Shown: positions 56,800-64,000 of the stretch, piece after piece
Numbering within the stretch: position 1 is the first letter of the stretch
Layout of the letters: every line of letters begins with the position of its first letter
NCBI RefSeq assembly: GCF_009914755.1
Contig: NC_060947.1
DNA from: the human T2T-CHM13v2.0 reference genome, Homo sapiens
Direction: 5' to 3' (one strand)
Length of the DNA stretch: 64,000 bases
Made by a program: the position numbers and the translations under genes
The notes under the pieces: generated by a model
Told to the model about the DNA's origin: nothing
The model's input: only the letters and a program-made list of their open reading frames with translations
The model's database searches: none

Positions 56800-57992
56800 T
56801 CACTTCTGTACATCCATTCTGCTATTAAGTTCACCCAGTGGGATTTTCATTTCACTGTAAAGTACTATAAAATTTCAGTTTGGCTCTTTTACATACCTTC
56901 TGTTTCTTTACTGAGATTTTCTCCTTTTTTTGTTTGACTTAAGGATTACTCATTGAAGTATTTTTATAATGGCTGCTTTAAAATCCTTTTTAGATAATTC
57001 TTACATGTGAATCGTTTAGTACTGGCACTACTGGTTGTCTTTTTAGGTTGTGATTTTATTGGTTTTTGAGGTGACTAGTGATTTTCAATTGTATCCTGGA
57101 TATTTTAGCTATTATGTTAGGAGATTCTGGATCTTATTTAAATTTTCTGTTTTAGCAGTCACCCTATTTGGGTTCAGTATGAAGGTCTTGGCCTACTTTG
57201 GAGGGTTGTGGATCCAATAACAATTTAATTTTCAGAGCCTTTGCAGTGCTATTCTAGTCTACTTCACTTATGAAGTATATTATTCAGATGTCACTCTGAA
57301 AACCTGGGTGTTATCCCACACTGTAGTTTAGTTCTTGAAACCTTTGGCCTGATAATTTGTGTCAGTTTCACATGTGGGTTGCTCAAAGGTCTGCCCAGGA
57401 CTTCTTATGCAAGTTTAAGGGATCCTTTATCCCTGTTCCATCCTCTCTGAAATCCTCCCCCACTCTTTAGTTGGGAAGGTGAGGGACTCCACCTGCCACC
57501 ACCAGGAGGAGAGTGTGAAGTTCAGACTCCCCACTTAGTCTCTGCTGACACCGGGGGGAGGAGAAGTGGTGTTCGTGGTAGGAAGGAGGGAATCTGTACT
57601 GTTTGGCTTGGATAGGGGCAAGTATTTGTTTTAAAAGTTTCTGTCATCCTAGGCTGCCCCTTTCCTAGTCTTTTGGCTGAGAAATCGGGTTTTTCTCTTT
57701 TTTCTAAGTCTGTACCTGTTTGGTGCTCCATACTGCAGATTAAATCTAGTGTCCAATCAGGATATACAGAAAATTTTTTTAAGAAGAAAGAAGACAAAGA
57801 TAAAGAAACACAGAGAACTAACCATCTTGTCACTTCTCAAAACCTGAAGTTCCCTAGTCAGTCTGCCCTTCTCTTTCCACCTTTCAGAGTCCTCTTATGG
57901 TCATCTGTTCTATTTTGTCCAAATATTTAGTGATAATTACTAGGAGAAGCATGAAGAAATCAGTCTACTCCATTTTGTGTGGAACTAGAAGC
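56800..57992 (-). mobile_element. Old L1M (L1MC/MD-type) 5'UTR and ORF1 start
   Basis: Reverse complement starts aaaatggagtagactg...gactctgaaaggtgga and later encodes ELSKKDFKAAIIK, typical of old L1 ORF1. Confidence 0.65.
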
Positions 57993-58061
57993 TCAGTATG
58001 TAACCTTTTGATTCAGGCTTTATTCACTTAGCATAATGCTTTTTCTTTCTCTCTTTTTTTT

Positions 58062-58176
58062 AAGACTTGTGAAGCATAGTAGTGAGAAAGGGGGAAAGAG
58101 TAGAACAAAGAGTTTGATCTGTAACTAACTCTGAACAATTAATTAATTGGGATAATGTATTCCCTTTGGACCAGCC
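58062..58176 (-). pseudogene. RNY1: Y RNA (hY1/RNY1) retropseudogene; the symbol given is the parent gene
   Basis: Reverse complement ggctggtccaaagg...ttgttcagagttagttacagatcaaactctttgttctactctttccccctttctcactact...agtctt matches recalled RNY1. A-rich tail 58045-58061. TSD gcataatgctttt at 58031-58043 and 58178-58190. Confidence 0.93.
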
Positions 58177-59452
58177 GGCATAATGCTTTTGAGTTTCATT
58201 CATACTGTAGTAACAATCCAAGATCTTTATGTTATGAAGATATTTATTTTTACAGTTTTATCTTCAGGTTCAGAAATTAGTTATTTAAACCCCTGTGGCC
58301 TAAGGTCACTCCCTTATTACTGTATTATAGTTCCTTACTATTTGTTGATATTTTGGGGGTAGCTTTTTGTTTATTTGGAGATTGACTTGAAATACTAAAA
58401 AATATTTGAATATATTTTTAGTGTACTTCAGTCAACATTTCTATGTGCTTGTAATTGTTAGTGGTGGTGATAAGTGAAGGTTGAAGGGTTGCAACAGTTA
58501 AATCTGCTAAAATTGAAAGCTGTATCAAATCCTTTTTGTAATAAGCAAAATTATATATAAACAATTACTCTATGTAGAGAAATGTATAATATAGAAAGTA
58601 TATCACTCACTTTATTTCATTTAATGTACATCACAATGATGAGAGATAGAAGTAGTCAGGGACGATTTTTTATTGCCAATTTTGTGAGAGAGTAGACATC
58701 AAAAATACTTGGGTAATTGTAATTGGCATTTAATAAGAATGTGGAAAGGCAAAATGTAACACAGGTCTTAATGCTTCTTACTCCACATTCCTTTTGCTTA
58801 AATTTACTGCTAAATAAAATAAAACTTTGCCAAATTAAACTTTGAACACCATGTATAAAAGTAGATATGTAGAATTTCAATATAAAAAAGAACAAAGAAA
58901 ATTTAATTTAGCTGGAATACAAAAGCTAGTTGAAATCTCAATTAAAATACTACTGAAGATGTATATTATTACATTTTACTTTATAATTTTACTAATTAAA
59001 ATTTATCTAACTGTATTGTATGATCAGCTTCCTTTTAAAGTTATTTTTACAAGAATGCACATTCCGCTCCAAGTACTTTAGCCATTATTTTTCAGGACTT
59101 TTTGATATATCAACATCCTTGGAAAAAATCCTGACAATAAGACAGTGCCTTAGTTGCAATAATGCAGAAATTTGAGACACTCATCGAGAAATATTCACCC
59201 AACAATTAACAAACGGGTTTGTAAAATGTAGCTTGTAGGGTTACAACTTCCACAGTACATAGTATCGTATGAAATGTCAATAAGTAAACTACTGCATACC
59301 AGATGTAATCTGTCACAGTTTGAAAGATGGACAGTTTTTGACTGCTACAGTTTGTTGAATGGCTTAGATGAAATAGAGCAGTGAAAATAGATTCATATTA
59401 AAATATGTATGATGACATAAATTAATATCTAAGCTATTTTAAATAAAATATA

Positions 59453-59766
59453 GGCCAGACAGGGTGGCTCACGACTTTCATCCCAGCACTTTGGGAGGCC
59501 AAGGCAGGAGGATTTATTGCTTGAGGCAAGGAGTTCGGGACCAGCCTGGGCAACAAAGTGAGACCTTGTCTCTACAAAAACACTTTAAAATTAGCCAGGT
59601 GTGGTGGTAGGTGCCTGTAGTCCCAGCTACTCAGAAGGCTGAGGCAGGAGAATCATTTCAGCCCAGGATGCTGAAGCTGCTGTGAGCTAATACATGATCG
59701 CACCACTGTACTCCAGCCTGGACAACAGAGTGAGACCCTGTTCTAAAATTAAGTGTGTAAATAAAT
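59453..59766 (+). mobile_element. AluJ
   Basis: ggccagacagggtggctcac...ccagcctgggcaacaaagtgagacc...gagtgagaccctg. TSD aaataaaatat. Confidence 0.92.
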
Positions 59767-60517
59767 AAATAAAATATGTTTATAGTTATATAACCACATC
59801 CAGATGCCTACTTTTAGATATCTCAATGAAATTAATGGAGTGGCTTACACTCAACATCCACATTTGGAAGAACTCAGTTTTTCAGGCAAAAGAGTTTTGC
59901 TATTTTCCAGTTATTTATTGAGAAAGAGGATATAATAAATACATACATTTAAAAAGCAACATCTTTAGTGTACGGCTTGGAAGTGGATCTATATGTATTA
60001 TTTATGTCTATATTTTTGCAGGTTAAACAGTATATGTAAAGCGATTAGCACAGTGTTTTGTCTAAATTATTCTGATAATAACGTCACCTTAATCTTACAA
60101 AAGTATTAATTGATCTATTTAGTTCAACCTTCTTCTTCCTAAGAGCTATCTCAGTTTGTGCAAAAGAAGGTATCAAGTGACTATGGTTCCAGAATGCTAT
60201 CCTACCGTAATCACTGATTACCAAAATGCCTGTCAATACAAGCAAGCGCAAGGAATGTGTTTGAGAGTGTAGGAAAAGTATGTGAGTTTGTGTTCTAGGT
60301 AAATCTTTATAACTATCTGGAGAAAAAAAGGAGAGAGAGAAGGAAGTAGAGGAGGAGAAGAAGGGGGAGAATGGCTTGCTAAGTCATTGCCTGTAGCCAC
60401 ATTACTTACATCAGTTACCTCTATGTAACTACAATGCCTCAAACCCTAGAATATATATTCCAAAAATCCTACATGCTAGAAAGCTTTAATTACTCTCATT
60501 TTATTTGATTATTAGAT

Positions 60518-62596
60518 CTTTTTGTTTTAACTGACAAATGAAAATTGTACAGATTTATGGTATACATTATGATGTTTTAAAATATATATGCATTGTGGAA
60601 TGGCTAAACCAAGCTAATTTGTTAATTAGTATATGCATTACTTCACATACTTATAATTTTTTATGAGAATACTTAACATCTACTATTCTAGCAATTTTCA
60701 AGCATAGAATACATCATTATTAACTGTAGCCACCATGTTGTGCAATAAATTTCTTGAGTTTATTCTTCCTGTTAAACTGAAATTTCATAACCATTGGCCA
60801 ACATCTCCCCAGTCCCACACAATCCTCCCTGCCACAACCTCTGGTAACCACCATTCTACTTTCTGTTTCTATAAGTTCAACTATTTTAGATTCCACATAT
60901 AAGTGAGGTCATTCAGTTTGTCTTTCTGTGCCTGGCTTATTTCATTTAACACAATGTTCTCCAGGTTCATCAATGTCACAAATGACAGGATTTCTATTTT
61001 TTTATAAGGCTGAATAAGGCTTTTTATAAGGCTATTGTATATATATACCAAATCTTCTTCATCTATTCATGCATTAATAGACCATTAAATTCATTCTCTA
61101 ACTTGGTTATTGTAAATAATGCTGCAAGGAACACGGGAGTGCAGATATCTCTTTGACATACTGATTTTATCTCCTTTGGATAGGTACTCAGTAGTGTGAT
61201 TGCCGGATCATATGGTAGTTCTATATTTAGTTTTTTGAGGGATCTCGATATTGCTTTCTATAATGGCTGCACTAATAATTCACATTCCCAACAGTGTGCA
61301 AGAGTTCCCTTTTCTCTATGCACTTGCCAACTTTTGTTATTTTTTAACTTTATGTTAATAGCCATTCTAACAGATATGAGGTGAGAGCTCACTGTGGTTT
61401 TAATTTGCATTTTCCTAATGATTACTGATTTTCAAATACCTGTCAACCATCTGTGTGTCTTCTTTTGATAAATGTCTTTTCAAGTCCTTTGTCCATCTTT
61501 GTTTTCTTGCTATTGAACCAAGTTCTTTGTATATTTTGGATATTAACCCCTTATCAGATATATGATTTGCAAATATTTTTCCCATTCCATAGATTGTCCC
61601 TTTTCTCTGTTGATTGTTTCCTTTACTGCTCAGAAGGTTTTTGGTTTTATGTAATCCCATATCTCTACTTTTGGTCTTTTATTTGCCTGTGTTTTGGGGG
61701 TCAGATCTAAAAGATCATTGGCCAGCCCGAGCCAGAGCAATTAGGCAAGATAAATAAATAAAAGGTCTCCAAATTAGAAGGGAAGAAGTTGAATTGTCTC
61801 TGTTTACAGATAGAAAACCATAAATATTCCACCAAAAAACTGTTTGAACTGAAAAACAAATTAAGTAAACTTGCAGGATACTAAAACAATGTGCAAAATA
61901 ACATTTGTATACACTAACAACAAACTATCTGAAAAAGCAATTAAGAAAACAATCCTATTATAATGGCTACAAAAATAATGAAATATGTAGGAATAAATTT
62001 AACGAAGGAAGTGAAAGATCTGTACACTGCAAACTATAAAATATTGATGAAAGAAATGAAAGAACACAAAAATAAATGGAAAGATATTCTGTATTCATGA
62101 ATTGGAAGAACTAATACTGTCAAAATGTCCACATTACCCAAAGTAATCTACAGTCAATGCAATCCCTACAGAGTCAATACAATCCCTATCAAAATTACAA
62201 TGACATTTTTCACAGAAATAGGAAATCTAAAATTCATATGGAACTACAAAAGACCCTGAAGAGCCAAAGCAGTCTTGAGCAAAAAGGACAAAGCTGGAGG
62301 CATCACATCATCTGATTTCAAAATATAATACAAAGCTATAGTAATAAAAAAAGCATGGTGCTGGCATAAAAACAGACACATATACAAATGGAACAGGAGA
62401 GATCCCAGAAATAAATCTATGCATTATGTTCAACTGATTTTTGACAAAGATACCAAAATCACTCCATGGGGAAGAGACAGTCACTTCAAGAAATTATGTT
62501 TTGAAAACTCGAAATCCACATATGGAAAAATCTCACAGAATATACAAAAAATCAACTCAAGGTGAATTATGAGCTTAAATGTAAGACCTGAACTAC
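60518..62596 (-). mobile_element. L1MA (about MA5-8) 5'-inverted insertion: 3' arm minus 60518-61728, inverted ORF2 arm plus 61729-62596
   Basis: Antisense 3'UTR and ORF2 end up to ggggtcagatctaaaagatcattggccagccc, then sense ORF2 gccagagcaattaggcaaga ... aatgtaagacctgaacta. Confidence 0.85.
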
Positions 62597-63149
62597 CAAG
62601 TTATTAACCACCAGCAGCTATTGCATATTATACCTTAATTCTAACAAGTCAGAGCAGCAATTCTAATACCAAATAAGTGGTTTTGTTAAAATAGTTTCCT
62701 TATGGCAATCACCACACATTCTATAATTATTCATATTTTTGTGAGCAAAACTTTAAGAAAGTATATTATTTACAGAAGTCCAATATAATCACACAAGATT
62801 TTAAATGTTTTCATCACATACAGGCACACATCTTTACCTACCCGCATAGTCCAGTATAAAGAGATGACAACATCCTATTTAAAAAGTATGCTATTAGAAT
62901 ATATCTGCATTTCCCCCAGTTTTTCTCCCTTCATTTTCCTCACATTACCAAATCAACACTTTGTACAACCATTAAAATGATTTTGCTAAATAAAAATCAA
63001 CATTGTGTGAAACCATTAAAAAGTTTTATTAAGTGGAATGTTTTAGTTATTATAAATATATATTATGAAGAAATAGGTATTATGGACATTTTGTTTAAAC
63101 TATAATTGACTGTTTTGCCAGGATTCTGCTGATCTTTTTTCTTCCCCTC

Positions 63150-63440
63150 TAGTATTACTCATGATTGCACTGCTATGTAACTTTCCTCTCCTGTTGAAAA
63201 CTTATAAGCCCATTCTAAAATATCAGTTCATTTATTAAGCTTTTTCTAATTTCTTCCATAAGAAATTCATTCATCTGTTTCCATAGTAATCACTTCATGT
63301 TGTGCTTGAGGTTATTGATTTTCTAACTGACTCCCTCACTAGATTGTGATTTACCTTGTAGGTAGGCACCATTTCTTTTATATATCTTCAGATCCTAACA
63401 TAGTGCTACATATAGAGAAGATTAAGTAAATATTTTCCCA
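63150..63440 (+). mobile_element. L2 3' end
   Basis: ctccctcactagattgtga...cctaacatagtgctacatatag...agtaaatattt. Confidence 0.6.
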
Positions 63441-64000
63441 ACTCATTCAAATTAATACTTCAATATTAATGCAAATTCAAAAATACTAACATGCATACAG
63501 ACATTACATATGATTAAACTAAAATAAAACCTTTTATTTCATCTTCTCCACTTCTCCGTAAGCAGCTTATGTCTGAATGGGAATATTTTCCTAGACTTCT
63601 AAAACCCATATGAGCTTTTTTTTATTTACACATAATAACAAGCTATTATGTGAAGAGATTTATTCCAGTGATTTTATTCTTTCCTTATCTTAATGGGATA
63701 TTCCTCAGAATTTTATTTTCCCTTTACCTATCAAGAAAAGATTATTTTTAAAGTTATATTAGCTCAACTTCACAACTTAGATGTACGAAAGTGGTTTGTG
63801 AGTATATTTTGAGGCGTTGTAAATTAAATGCATAATTTTAGATTGCTCAAACTAAAAATTTCAAAATACTCTAAACCTGACACTAAGATATCATTATATC
63901 TAAATTTTAAATTTTACACCAAATTAGGTTTTGTGGAGTAAATGAAGGCAAGATAACTTAATGTTCTACTAATGGCCACAGAATAAAATTTCTCTTCATT

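Overview
AT-rich primate genomic DNA, very likely hominid or human (it carries L1PA2, AluS/J and THE1 elements). It looks like deep intron or intergenic sequence and is mostly layered transposable elements. I found no intact host protein-coding gene. Two clearly recognisable retrocopies are present, both with target-site duplications (TSDs): a disabled processed pseudogene of the zinc metalloprotease AMZ2 (24005-24960, minus) and an RNY1 Y RNA pseudogene (58062-58176, minus). The only long ORF (31643-33454, 603 aa) is the inverted arm of a twin-primed L1PA2 and encodes an uninterrupted ORF2p reverse-transcriptase segment. The notable signals are L1 retrotransposition by-products: four 5'-inverted L1s, an L1PA7 that keeps its promoter but has lost most of ORF1/ORF2, two probable 3' transductions, a full THE1 provirus, and an AT-rich VNTR with higher-order structure. 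There are also some low-confidence exon-like segments. I see no convincing evidence of a new biological system. Subfamily names come from recalled consensus motifs, and boundaries of old repeats are approximate.
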